Below, in pieces: positions 7,873-17,640 of a DNA stretch of 44,862 nt. A program made the position numbers and the translations under genes. Source of the stretch: Desulfobacterales bacterium (GTDB taxonomy: Bacteria > Desulfobacterota > Desulfobacteria > Desulfobacterales > B30-G6). Positions within the stretch are counted from its first letter, which is position 1. Every line of letters begins with the position of its first letter. Location: NCBI GenBank assembly GCA_029940035.1, contig JAOZRT010000003.1:1-44862 (forward strand), read 5' to 3'. The notes below the pieces were generated by a model, which saw only the letters and a list, made by a program, of their open reading frames with translations, was not told where the DNA came from and searched no databases.

Positions 7873-8099
7873 GCATCTCTCCTTTCACAAATAACTGCTT
7901 TTTTCGGTATGCGTCTTTTCGTAGCCAGGATCAAGTATTTGGAAATCTATCAGGATTTTTCATCAATCGCAAGGGGCGCCCGTTGCAGCCGTTGCCCCGG
8001 AATCATGTCGCCAACATTTTGTTTGCATGATATTGTAAACATGTTATGTTCACTTGAAATAAGTATTTCAAATTTTAACATTAAGAGGAAGCACTGCAC

Positions 8100-8378
8100 A
8101 TGGATACGGATCGTGATTTCGATCAATTCCGAAGGCGGGATGAAAGAAAAAAATATGAAGCTGAGGTATATTTCTCGGTTTCTAAAAAAGCATACACGGC
8201 GACCATAAAAAATATCAGCCGGGGTGGAGCCCTGGTCCGTACGGGCGGCATGCCCATCATCACCCCCGGGGAGCAGATCATCATCACCATTCCTTTCAGC
8301 AATAAAGCCCAAAACGTCAAACGCAAGGCCACGGTCATGTGGGTGGACAGCACATTTATGGGAGTCCAGTTTGTTTGA
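8100..8378 (+). CDS. Stand-alone PilZ-domain protein
   Basis: RxxxR (RRDER) and NxSxxG (NISRGG) motifs, C-terminal GVQF, GAGGA RBS. Confidence 0.9.
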   Translation: MDTDRDFDQFRRRDERKKYEAEVYFSVSKKAYTATIKNISRGGALVRTGGMPIITPGEQIIITIPFSNKAQNVKRKATVMWVDSTFMGVQFV

Positions 8379-8424
8379 CCATGGCAGGCGTCTTATGAAA
8401 CAGCACCATATGTGGCTTTTTTCA

Positions 8425-8452
8425 TTGACAAACCCCTACATGTTGTGATAAT
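8425..8452 (+). promoter_or_regulatory. Sigma70-type promoter TTGACA-N16-GATAAT with TG extension
   Basis: Near-consensus boxes ~175 nt upstream of the 48-aa ORF. Confidence 0.6.
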
Positions 8453-8626
8453 GGATTTAGTTGAACAAAATGAACAGCTCAATTGTCAACTATTGGTCAA
8501 TTAATGATGCCGTATCCATATCTGACACCGATTCATAGCAACGCCCTCCAGAACCACAATTCGTTCTTTATTTTAAATGCATTGCATGGTAACACCCATC
8601 CATCCATCATCAGGAGGAAGAAGAAC

Positions 8627-8773
8627 ATGAACAGAGTATCGTGTGTTGACAACCACGGCCGCCGTTGCGGTGCCGACAGACGTCAATTTTCTTATGCTAT
8701 GCACATTCCCGAGCGCAGAATGGATGACAATAGACGAGACATGTCCGACAGACGCAACAAGCCCAGGCCTTGA
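8627..8773 (+). CDS. 48-aa Arg-rich microprotein with repeated DRR/ERR motifs
   Basis: AGGAGG RBS before ATG 8627. Sequence MNRVSCVDNHGRRCGADRRQFSYAMHIPERRMDDNRRDMSDRRNKPRP. Confidence 0.75.
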   Translation: MNRVSCVDNHGRRCGADRRQFSYAMHIPERRMDDNRRDMSDRRNKPRP

Positions 8774-8962
8774 TGCGATCGAAACGCCGTCCTGTTTGAG
8801 CCAAAATACCATCGCTGTTGCTGACCAGGCATTTTTGGCTGTTTTGACCTATCGTTCCAAACTTCCCCCCCCCTGTCCGCGTTCAAGGCAATTTGTTTGA
8901 CAAACACTCGAAACAAAAAGTGAAAGATCAGCGTAAACACTGCTTACGTATGGGAGTATTGT

Positions 8963-10180
8963 GTGCAGCAACATAAAGGACATAAAAAAAGGGCGATATT
9001 GACCGGATTGATCATGGCCACCGTAACCGCCATGATGTCCACCCATCTGTATACGCCCAGCATGCCTCACCTGTCGGCGTATTTTCACACCACACCGGCG
9101 GTGGTCAAGCTGTCCCTGAGCCTCAATGCCCTGGCCTTCGGTTTAATGCAGCTCATATACGGCCCGGCTTCAGACCGGTTTGGGCGGCGTCCCACCATGC
9201 TGCTGGGAATGGTTGGTTTCACAGTGGTCAGCTTGGCCTGCGCTGCGGCCCAATCCATCTCTCAGCTCATCGCCATCCGTATTTTTCAGGGAGTGTTCTC
9301 TGCTGCCGAAGCCGTGCTTGTGTACGCCATCATTCATGACTTTTTCAAAGACACCCACCGGGTGAAGGCCATGGCTGTGTACGGCATGGCCATCGCCCTG
9401 GCACCGGCAACAGCACCGATCATCGGGGGGTATATCCATGTGCTGTTTGGCTGGCGTGCCAATTTCCTGTTGATCACACTTTTCGGCGCCATTACATCGG
9501 TGATTGTCTGGAGAGTCCTGCCGGAAACATCAACGCCCACTCGGGCTGCTGTCAGGCCCGGCCTGATTATCAGGGACTACATCAACCTTTTAGAAAACCG
9601 GGAATTTATGAACTACGCCATTATGACCGGAGCCGGATCGGGCACGATCATGGCCATGATCACGGCAGCCCCCTTCATCCTGATCTCCTATCTTTCCGTA
9701 CCCACCCAGTATTATGGACTTTTCATGACCGGGCCGGTCCTGGCTTACATGGTTTCCAACATGGTCACCCAGAAAATTGCAGGCCAGCTGCCTGTGAGCT
9801 TGCTCCTGCGTGTTGGCCTCATCATTTCAGCTACCGGCGCCATGGGCCTTGCCGCAACCGTGTTCAGCGGGCACCTGTCAACCATTGGGCTCACCTTGCT
9901 TTTTTCCGTGACCACCTTCGGCATGGGACCGGTTTTTGCCATTGCCCCCATGAAAGCCATCGATGCCACCGACCGTCCCACTGGTGTCGCTTCTGCCATG
10001 GCCAACACCATTCCCATGGTCATGGGCGCCCTGGCTGCCTTAAGCCTGAGCATTTTTCACGATGGCACGGCCCGCCCGTTGGCCGGAACCATTATAGGCC
10101 TGTTGCTGATTGCAACTGCTTCATACTTCATCGCGGGAAAGCGCACAACCGCCAATAGACCCTCCCCTAAGTCCGACTAA
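8963..10180 (+). CDS. Bcr/CflA-family MFS multidrug efflux transporter
   Basis: ~12 hydrophobic segments, motif A GPASDRFGRRP, LYTPSMP, and APIIGGYI..FGWRANF. Confidence 0.92.
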   Translation: MQQHKGHKKRAILTGLIMATVTAMMSTHLYTPSMPHLSAYFHTTPAVVKLSLSLNALAFGLMQLIYGPASDRFGRRPTMLLGMVGFTVVSLACAAAQSISQLIAIRIFQGVFSAAEAVLVYAIIHDFFKDTHRVKAMAVYGMAIALAPATAPIIGGYIHVLFGWRANFLLITLFGAITSVIVWRVLPETSTPTRAAVRPGLIIRDYINLLENREFMNYAIMTGAGSGTIMAMITAAPFILISYLSVPTQYYGLFMTGPVLAYMVSNMVTQKIAGQLPVSLLLRVGLIISATGAMGLAATVFSGHLSTIGLTLLFSVTTFGMGPVFAIAPMKAIDATDRPTGVASAMANTIPMVMGALAALSLSIFHDGTARPLAGTIIGLLLIATASYFIAGKRTTANRPSPKSD

Positions 10181-10239
10181 GCAGGATAACGTATTGCGGT
10201 TGGCATCATGCTGACCCGATTGAAGAAAAAAGAAATCAA

Positions 10240-10281
10240 CTCTGTGCTCTCCGTGTCGAGTGAACGAAGTGAACAGGTGGT
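10240..10281. repeat. Isolated arm of a 9-mer repeat element (ctctgtgct-ctccgtgtc...gtgaac-gaa-gtgaac)
   Basis: 9-nt periodicity in the intergenic DNA after the MFS gene. No partner arm found. Confidence 0.3.
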
Positions 10282-10488
10282 AAAATATAGTCACGCACCT
10301 AATCGCATAGCAAAGCTTGGACCTTCAGATTAGCTGAAGGTTTAAGTGGAAAATGATTAAAGAATGGGAGCCATGAGGCGAACCAGGCGTGTCAGAACCT
10401 TGAATCTCAACTCAAAATACGGGCATGCCTTTTGTGGATGGATGTAGTATACAGAAGCAGTTGACTGTTTTTAACGAAACCGATATGG

Positions 10489-11343
10489 ATGCTTCTCATG
10501 CTTAGCAGTTTTTCTCTTTTCAAATGGCGGCGGTTGTGCTCCGCAGCCGTCTTATGGATTCTGGCCGTCCAAATCACATGGGGGTTGGACCTTCAGCTTC
10601 CGGAAAGGTCATTCCAGGGAGACCTGGTTGTCGGCCGCGTAGATCCTGGATCGAAGATATGGGTCAATGGTCGTCCCCAGCTTATCGGTTCTCAAGGGCA
10701 CTTCGTGGTAGCCGTCCCCAGGGATCTTAAAAGAGACCTTCTGGTTAAGGCCCGGAATAAAAACAGCACCGCATCCCACACCATTCAAACGCTCAAATAT
10801 GAATGGCGTGTGCAGCACATCGACGGCCTGGCCGAAAACCATGTGAACCCGGGGCAGACCGAGCGCATGCAAATTGAAACGGATCGCATGAAAATCAAGG
10901 CCGTCCGCAAGACGCCGCCCTATGTTATGCCGCTGTTCCTGAAAAAAGGCTTTATCATGCCGGTGAAAGGCAGAATTTCAGGCATTTTTGGAAGTCAGCG
11001 CGTGTTGAACGGCGAGCCCCGTGCCCCTCACTCCGGCCTCGATATTGCCGCTCCCCGGGGAACGCCTGCCCGAAGCCCGGCGGACGGTATTGCCCGGCTG
11101 GTGGCTGAAGACACCTTTCTCATGGGTAATGTGCTGATGATCGACCATGGCCTGGGCGTCACCTCCATATTCATCCACCTGGACAGCGTGGCAGTCGAGG
11201 AAGGGGATCTTGTGCGCCAGGGTGAAGTCGTCGCCCGCGTAGGCCAGACCGGACGGACCACCGGACCGCACCTCCACTGGGGGGTCAGCGTGGGCAGCAC
11301 GCCTGTCGATCCTTTGCGTCTGGTTGGTCAAAAGATGCCTTAA
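10489..11343 (+). CDS. M23 family metallopeptidase
   Basis: HxxxD (HSGLD) and HxH (GPHLHW) zinc motifs, N-terminal signal-like segment. Confidence 0.92.
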   Translation: MLLMLSSFSLFKWRRLCSAAVLWILAVQITWGLDLQLPERSFQGDLVVGRVDPGSKIWVNGRPQLIGSQGHFVVAVPRDLKRDLLVKARNKNSTASHTIQTLKYEWRVQHIDGLAENHVNPGQTERMQIETDRMKIKAVRKTPPYVMPLFLKKGFIMPVKGRISGIFGSQRVLNGEPRAPHSGLDIAAPRGTPARSPADGIARLVAEDTFLMGNVLMIDHGLGVTSIFIHLDSVAVEEGDLVRQGEVVARVGQTGRTTGPHLHWGVSVGSTPVDPLRLVGQKMP

Positions 11344-11374
11344 CGCTGAATGGAAATGAACCCAGGGAATTGTT

Positions 11375-11689
11375 ATGCCAGTATATGAATACGAACATGT
11401 TGAATCACCCTGCAGCCTGGGGGATCCCTTCGAGGTAACCCAGCCCCTTGCAGAAAAACAGCTTGTTGCCTGCCCTGCCTGCGGCCGGCCTGTCAAAAAA
11501 CTGATATCCCTGGTAGGCATCAGCGCGCCGAAAACAAACAGCGAACTGCGCGATCTCGGCTTTACCAAACTCGTCAAAAAGGACGACGGCGTATATGAAA
11601 ACGTTACCGCCCGCGACGGAGAAAGCCGTTACATGCACAGAGACAAGCCGGAAACCATGCCGGACCTGTCAAAGATAATTAAAGATTGA
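11375..11689 (+). CDS. FmdB-family zinc-ribbon protein
   Basis: MPVYEY start, CPACG, KKLIS, and a GFTKLVK C-terminal extension. Confidence 0.85.
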   Translation: MPVYEYEHVESPCSLGDPFEVTQPLAEKQLVACPACGRPVKKLISLVGISAPKTNSELRDLGFTKLVKKDDGVYENVTARDGESRYMHRDKPETMPDLSKIIKD

Positions 11690-11718
11690 TATCGCCCAGC
11701 GATATCAATCTTTAATTA
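11676..11718. repeat. Perfect 20-bp inverted repeat (3-nt loop) over the FmdB-family stop codon; possible terminator
   Basis: taattaaagattgatatcgc-cca-gcgatatcaatctttaatta. Confidence 0.8.
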
Positions 11719-11753
11719 ATTGTGGTTGAAACCCCACGGGAGAAACATTTCAT

Positions 11754-12524
11754 ATGGACAAGCTGAAAGCACAAATAGCGGAAGTAGCGGACCTGATCCG
11801 CAATTCGGAAAAGGTGCTGGTATTCACCGGCGCGGGGATCAGTACCGAATCGGGCATACCCGACTTCAGGGGGGCGGACGGCATCTGGAGCAAATACGAC
11901 CCCGAAGATTTCACCATCCAAAAATTCATGTCCGACAAGAGAGCCCGTAAGTTGCACTGGGACCTTCTGTCGGACGGCGATCTCTCCATGTTCAAGGCCG
12001 ATCCCAACCCAGCCCACCACGCCATCACAGAGCTGAAAAACACAGGCAAGCTGTATGGGGTCGTCACCCAGAACGTTGATGGACTGCACCAGAAGGCAGG
12101 CCTTCCCGATGAAATGGTTTTACAGTTGCATGGTGATTTGAGCCATGCCAGATGCCTGGACTGTGGCAGCCGGTTTCCCATGCAGACCGTCGTGGAATGG
12201 ATAGGCGCCGATATCGACGAGCCTGTTTGTGAAAACTGCAGCGGCATGCTCAAGCCTGATGCAGTGTTGTTCGGCGAGCAGCTGCCTTTTGAGGTGCTTT
12301 CTGAAGCCGAACAGCGCTCCAGGGACTGCGACCTCTGCATCGTCCTGGGATCGACACTGTCCGTCTATCCGGCGTCACTTATCCCCAGGTATGCAAGTGA
12401 GGGAGGGGCCAAGCTGGTGATCATCAACCTCGGCCCCACCGAACTGGACAGCTGGGCCGATATCCGCATCGAGGGCAAAGCCGGGGAAATCATGCCGGAG
12501 ATCGTTGCCGGAGTAGGAAAGTAG
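11754..12524 (+). CDS. cobB: NAD-dependent protein deacylase (sirtuin, Sir2 family)
   Basis: GAGISTESGIPDFRG, TQNVDGLH, LHG, CxxC...CxxC, LKPDAVLFGE and IINL motifs. Confidence 0.93.
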   Translation: MDKLKAQIAEVADLIRNSEKVLVFTGAGISTESGIPDFRGADGIWSKYDPEDFTIQKFMSDKRARKLHWDLLSDGDLSMFKADPNPAHHAITELKNTGKLYGVVTQNVDGLHQKAGLPDEMVLQLHGDLSHARCLDCGSRFPMQTVVEWIGADIDEPVCENCSGMLKPDAVLFGEQLPFEVLSEAEQRSRDCDLCIVLGSTLSVYPASLIPRYASEGGAKLVIINLGPTELDSWADIRIEGKAGEIMPEIVAGVGK

Positions 12525-12633
12525 GTAACCAGGCCCAGTGAGCCCTTCAATAATAAAGGATATAGCCACATGCCCAGGAGAAAAAGCCACCCGAGTTCCC
12601 CGATGAATAGGGGTCGTTTTCGATTTTTCCAGC

Positions 12634-13446
12634 CTATTGACGGATATCATCCATAACTTCATCTGTTGAGAACAGCACCCGTCCCTCCATGCCGCCGGCA
12701 ACTGTTATGGTCTGACCGCTCACATGTCCTGCCAATTTATCGGAAGCGAGGTATAGAATGGCATGGGCTATATCGGCAGGTGCTGCGACCTTGCGAAGCG
12801 GAATGGTCTGTAAAATTTTCGACACCATGGCTTTATCGTTTAAAGCGACCTCCGCCATGGGTGTCACGGTCCATCCCGGATTGACCAAATTCACGCGTCC
12901 GCGTACGCTAAGATGAACAATTTCGTTCTTCAAGGTCAGCAACAGACCTTTAAGCCCGGCTTTGGACGTGGAATAATCACAATACCCAGCTTCGCCAAAT
13001 TCCCCGGACGTCGATCCCACTATAACCAGGGATGCATCATCCCCTGGATACATCTTCAAGTTTGCAATAAAATGTTTTGCACAGAGAAATACACCAGTCA
13101 GGTTCACTGCCAGGGTTTTGTGCCATCGATCGATAGACATTGCATGTATGGCCACTCCCTCGTGAGAGGCGATGCCGGCATTTGCCACAGCAACATCGAC
13201 TCTTCCGAAAGCAGCGTTTGCTTTTATAAAAAGAGACTCGACTGAAAATTCGTCCTGAACATCCGCGCTTACATTATTCAATTTCCCGGGGAATGCATCC
13301 AAGAGAGTTTTCAGACCCCGTGGATCACTATGGTAGCATGCTGTCACCTTGGCACCTTCTTCCAGGAAACGTGATACCACATCGAATCCAATTCCGCCTG
13401 ATGCACCTGTAATGACAATATGCTTGTCTTTCAATCCTGTTCTCAA
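12634..13446 (-). CDS. SDR family oxidoreductase, ~270 aa
   Basis: TGASGGIG, NAG and YxxxK (YSTSK) motifs. Probable TTG start at 13446 after a GGAGG RBS. Confidence 0.9.
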   Translation of the reverse strand: MRTGLKDKHIVITGASGGIGFDVVSRFLEEGAKVTACYHSDPRGLKTLLDAFPGKLNNVSADVQDEFSVESLFIKANAAFGRVDVAVANAGIASHEGVAIHAMSIDRWHKTLAVNLTGVFLCAKHFIANLKMYPGDDASLVIVGSTSGEFGEAGYCDYSTSKAGLKGLLLTLKNEIVHLSVRGRVNLVNPGWTVTPMAEVALNDKAMVSKILQTIPLRKVAAPADIAHAILYLASDKLAGHVSGQTITVAGGMEGRVLFSTDEVMDDIRQ

Positions 13447-13722
13447 CTGATAACCCTCCGCGATTTCATTAATTCGGTATATACATAGTTCTGGTCGGAA
13501 ATCATGCTGCCGAAACGGGCAATAATGTCGCCTGTTTATCATAGTGCCAAAATGACATTATTGAAATTTATTTTATAATTTTATACAAATATATAGTGCT
13601 ATATACGAATATTACACTTTTGACACAACCAAAACTACCTTGTATCTTGCAAATGAAAAAGGTAGAAGTTTAAAGGGCTGAATTTGTTTGAATAATCACA
13701 TTGGGTTGGAAGTAGCCGGCAC

Positions 13723-16700
13723 ATGTTGAAGAAAAAAAAGATAATCATACCCGGTCTGGTCGTTATTCTTCTGGTGGGCATCGCTGCCGCTGTGATCTAT
13801 TTTTTCGATCTCAACAGGTTCAAGCCTCTCATCAGTCGAACGGTCAAGCATTACACCGGCCGCGAACTGACCATCAACGGGGATATCCGACTTCTGGAGC
13901 TATGGCCCCCTACCCTTATGGCGGAAGATATCGCTTTTCAGAATGCCTCCTGGGGATCCAAACCGCACATGGTGCGGGTTAAACAGGCGGCATTTTCCGT
14001 ATCTCTTAAATCCATTCTGCGTGGTGAATTCCGTTTTTCCCACATTCGACTTCAGGGACCTGAAGTTCTTTTGGAATTCAACCAGGCAGGCGTGTCGAAT
14101 TTTCTGTTCGACATCCCTGAAACAGAGGAGGAGGTTGCCGTTCCGGTTCTGGCCTTTAACGACATTTTGATTCAAAACGGTTATTTTGAATACAACGATC
14201 AAAGGTGGGACCTGAATGCCTCCGTCCGTGTGGACGACCTGCAAGCCGACATCCCCGGTCTGGACAAATCCATACAAATCCTGTTTGAAGGCAATTTCAG
14301 AGACTTGCCGTGCTCATTGGATGGCAGCATCGGCCCCATCATAGCCTGGATACAGCCCGGTTTTATCCTGCCTGTGGATCTAAGCGGTCGTCTGGGCGGC
14401 GCCTCGGCCCAACTGAAGGGTGACATCCGGGATCCGGTGCATCTGAAAGACATCTCCCTTCACTTCACGGCTGACGGACCCTCGACCCGTGAAATGGCCG
14501 GCCTGGTAGGTAGGGGATCTGTCCCCGATCTAGGGGCTTTCACGGTCAAAGCAGAATTGACCGACCGACCGGGACGACTCGCCATCGACAAGCTGGCCGT
14601 ACAGATCGGAGCCCCTGACCTGGTATCCTTCTCTATCGCCGGCATGGTCGGCGACCTTATCGCAATGAAGGGTTTTGATCTGGACCTCGGCATACAGACA
14701 CGAGACACTGGCAACCTGATGCACCTGGCAGGCGTGCCGCCCCCCCCTTTCAAAGCCCCCCTCACGGCAAGAGTCACTTTTTCAGATACTGCCAAAAACC
14801 AGTACAGCCTTGATGACTTTGTTGTCAGCATGGGGGACAGAACCATCCAGGGCCAAATGGATCTGGACCTCACCCGGGCGCATCCTGTGCTTGAAATGCA
14901 GCTTCAATCGGAAAATACCACCTTGGGCCCCTTGGCCCTCAAAACCCGCATGAGCGGATCCCTGGACAGGGTCAGTGTTGAGCACCTGGAACTGCAGATG
15001 GGGCACGACAACCTGTTCAAGGCGTTTGTCAACGGCACTGTGGGCAACGTAAGCCCCCTTGAGGACCTCCATCTCAACTTTCACATTTTAGGAAAGGATC
15101 TGGCCCATCTGCAGAAGCTCACCAATCGACCGCTGCCAGTACAAGGGCCGTACGCCATATCAGGCACCCTCTTGATGGCGGGTCACAAGGCAATCCACGT
15201 ACCCGAGCTCAAGATCATTCTAGGTAAAAACAGTATCAACGGCTCCCTGGGGCTCGAAATGAACCACGAGTATCCAATGCTGCACGTCAATCTCTTCTCC
15301 AGCCGGCTGAACCTTGAGCAACTGTTGGCTCCAAAGATATTACCTGACAACCTGCACAAGAACCTGTCTTCGGTGGGCCCCTCCCGGCTTGAGTTCGAGC
15401 TGTCCGGCCCCATTGAGCACCCCACGCTGGAAAGAATCAATTTGCAAACCCAGGTTGAAAATCTGGCAAAGCTTAATCTCAAGGGCTCCATCAAGAACCT
15501 GCTGACCATGACAGGGGCCGATCTGCACCTTGCCGTCAAGGGAACCGACTTGACTAACCTTGCGAAAGTGGTCGGCCAAGACATTCCATTCAAAGGACCG
15601 TATTCCCTTTCGGGTAAACTGCTCAGACCTGACAAGACCGCTTTTCACATCGAAAATGTGAAAATATCAGCTGCTGCAAACAATTTTCATGGCCGATCCG
15701 TCATCAAACGCTCCAAGTCAAATATTGTTGCATCTGTGTACCTCGGCACGAAAAATATCTCCCTGGAAGCACTGAATGAGGGACAAAGCGCCGTTTTGGA
15801 CAGGCTGAAGTTAAAAAAAGATTTGGGTCCCCTGGAGATCAAGGCCAGCGCTGTATTATCCGCTACCGGCCATCGTCTTCAAAATTTTGATCTGGCGTTT
15901 GGGAAAGATGAATTCATTCGCATGCACATAAACGGATCAATGGGCAACCTAACGGGCATGCAGGGTATGCACTTTAAGTTTCAGGCATCAGGCAGGAACA
16001 TTTCCAGCATCGAGTCCATTGCCGGCCGAAGGATCCCCCTGAAGGGTGCCTATGCGCTGTCCGGTGAAATCTCCGGGCATGCGCCCCACAACATCTTGCT
16101 GCGCAAGCTTGACCTCATGCTGGCCCGTAACCATTTTACGGGGAGGGCGGACCTCAATCTGGCCGGCGAGCACCCGGTGGTGGATTCGGAAATTTTAGCC
16201 GACCATTTCTCCCTGGTCCCCATCATGCTTGAGGAAATCGACCCGTTGAAAAATATTCCCGACATGGGACCGCTCAAGCTGGCCTTCACACTTTCAGAGG
16301 CGAGCGGCGTGCCGGCCATAACACACCTGGAGCTCCGCCTGGGCAGAGAAAGCACCATCGCCGTCATGTTGCGTGGAAGCATTGGAAACCTGGATCCACT
16401 TGGTGAAGTAACCCTCGATTTTACCATCGACAGCCAAGACCTTTCCATTCTCAACAACGCGTACGGCAGTGGATTTATCAAAGGCAAACCGTTCCATGCC
16501 ATGGGCCGGCTCAATGACCCCCGATTGGAAAAAATCACCGTCACCTCCTTTGAAGCGAGCTATGGCGACAGCAATCTCTCCGGAGCCGCCTCCCTGGACC
16601 TGTCTCTTGACCGCCCTAAAATGAACGCAGCCCTTTCATCAAAAAAAATGGACTTGCGCCCGCTTATAAAAATTTTCGGAAAGAGCGACCGCCTCCCCCA

Positions 16701-17640
16701 GATGCCATCCAGGTCGGCCACGCCCAAGGACCGTGTTTTTTCCAGGGAGCCCTTTAATCTAACCGCCCTCCATCTTTTAGATATCACTGTAGCCTTTCAG
16801 GCCAGGGAGCTGCTTCTTCAAAATATCGCCGTCAACGATGTTGAAATCAGCCTGCAGCTCAGTAAAGGCGATTTGAATGTAGACCCCTTGAAATTCAGCA
16901 TAGGAGGAGGAACGGCCGAGGGCACATTTGTCCTGCAGGCCAGCAAGTCCCCCCTGTTCATGGCCACCAGCCTGGCCGTTCATCACTTCGATATCGGCCC
17001 CATGCTCGAACAGCTGGATCAGGAAAGCACCCTCCAGGGAACCTTGAACACATCCATCTACCTGCACGGCAGCGGCAACTCCGTGGCCGCTCTGATGGTG
17101 GGACTCGACGGAAAAGTGCATTTGGACATCCATGACGGCCGGATCGAAAGCCGACAACTGGCCCTTTTGGAAAGATACCTGGGCAGCAACATCCTGGATC
17201 TGATCAATCCGTTTATCAAACATCCCCCGCACACCGCCATCAACTGTCTCATCACCACCGCCACCATCAGGGACGGACTGGCCGACTTCAAGATGATTCT
17301 CGACACCGAACAGACGGCCCTGGCATCGGCCGGTACCATCGATCTAAAAACAGAACGCCTCAATATCGGCATCAAACCCTCCCCTAAAAAAGGCTTTGGG
17401 GACGTGCATGTCGGCTATATCAGTTTTTCCCTCAAGGAGCTGTCACAACCATTTGGCCTGGGGGGGACCCTTAAGAGGCCGCACCTTATCCTGGATCCAA
17501 CCCGCACCGTCTTTACCGCGGCGAAATTTTCCGGTGCCGTATTACTGGGGCCAGTGGGCATTACCCTCTTTTTCTCGGATATCTCATTGGGGAAAAAGAA
17601 TATATGTGAGGAGGCCTCCGCAGCCACGCCGGGAAATTAA
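13723..17640 (+). CDS. AsmA-family protein with internal repeats, 1305 aa
   Basis: N-terminal TM plus DLNRFKPLI..TGRELTINGDI (AsmA N-terminus). C-terminal INC...G.IDLKTE.L...GGTL..P (AsmA C-terminus). Confidence 0.88.
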   Translation: MLKKKKIIIPGLVVILLVGIAAAVIYFFDLNRFKPLISRTVKHYTGRELTINGDIRLLELWPPTLMAEDIAFQNASWGSKPHMVRVKQAAFSVSLKSILRGEFRFSHIRLQGPEVLLEFNQAGVSNFLFDIPETEEEVAVPVLAFNDILIQNGYFEYNDQRWDLNASVRVDDLQADIPGLDKSIQILFEGNFRDLPCSLDGSIGPIIAWIQPGFILPVDLSGRLGGASAQLKGDIRDPVHLKDISLHFTADGPSTREMAGLVGRGSVPDLGAFTVKAELTDRPGRLAIDKLAVQIGAPDLVSFSIAGMVGDLIAMKGFDLDLGIQTRDTGNLMHLAGVPPPPFKAPLTARVTFSDTAKNQYSLDDFVVSMGDRTIQGQMDLDLTRAHPVLEMQLQSENTTLGPLALKTRMSGSLDRVSVEHLELQMGHDNLFKAFVNGTVGNVSPLEDLHLNFHILGKDLAHLQKLTNRPLPVQGPYAISGTLLMAGHKAIHVPELKIILGKNSINGSLGLEMNHEYPMLHVNLFSSRLNLEQLLAPKILPDNLHKNLSSVGPSRLEFELSGPIEHPTLERINLQTQVENLAKLNLKGSIKNLLTMTGADLHLAVKGTDLTNLAKVVGQDIPFKGPYSLSGKLLRPDKTAFHIENVKISAAANNFHGRSVIKRSKSNIVASVYLGTKNISLEALNEGQSAVLDRLKLKKDLGPLEIKASAVLSATGHRLQNFDLAFGKDEFIRMHINGSMGNLTGMQGMHFKFQASGRNISSIESIAGRRIPLKGAYALSGEISGHAPHNILLRKLDLMLARNHFTGRADLNLAGEHPVVDSEILADHFSLVPIMLEEIDPLKNIPDMGPLKLAFTLSEASGVPAITHLELRLGRESTIAVMLRGSIGNLDPLGEVTLDFTIDSQDLSILNNAYGSGFIKGKPFHAMGRLNDPRLEKITVTSFEASYGDSNLSGAASLDLSLDRPKMNAALSSKKMDLRPLIKIFGKSDRLPQMPSRSATPKDRVFSREPFNLTALHLLDITVAFQARELLLQNIAVNDVEISLQLSKGDLNVDPLKFSIGGGTAEGTFVLQASKSPLFMATSLAVHHFDIGPMLEQLDQESTLQGTLNTSIYLHGSGNSVAALMVGLDGKVHLDIHDGRIESRQLALLERYLGSNILDLINPFIKHPPHTAINCLITTATIRDGLADFKMILDTEQTALASAGTIDLKTERLNIGIKPSPKKGFGDVHVGYISFSLKELSQPFGLGGTLKRPHLILDPTRTVFTAAKFSGAVLLGPVGITLFFSDISLGKKNICEEASAATPGN

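Noticed and set aside
8020-8041. TGTTTGCA-N6-TGTAAACA dyad between the M24 operon and PilZ
   Set aside because: Plausible operator, but a single imperfect instance with no regulator gene in the window to assign it to.
10285-10345. Possible c-di-GMP-I riboswitch (gtcacgcac...gcaaagc)
   Set aside because: Lacks the GGCAAAC/GAAA tetraloop P2 architecture. Only a short accttcag/ctgaaggt hairpin is present.
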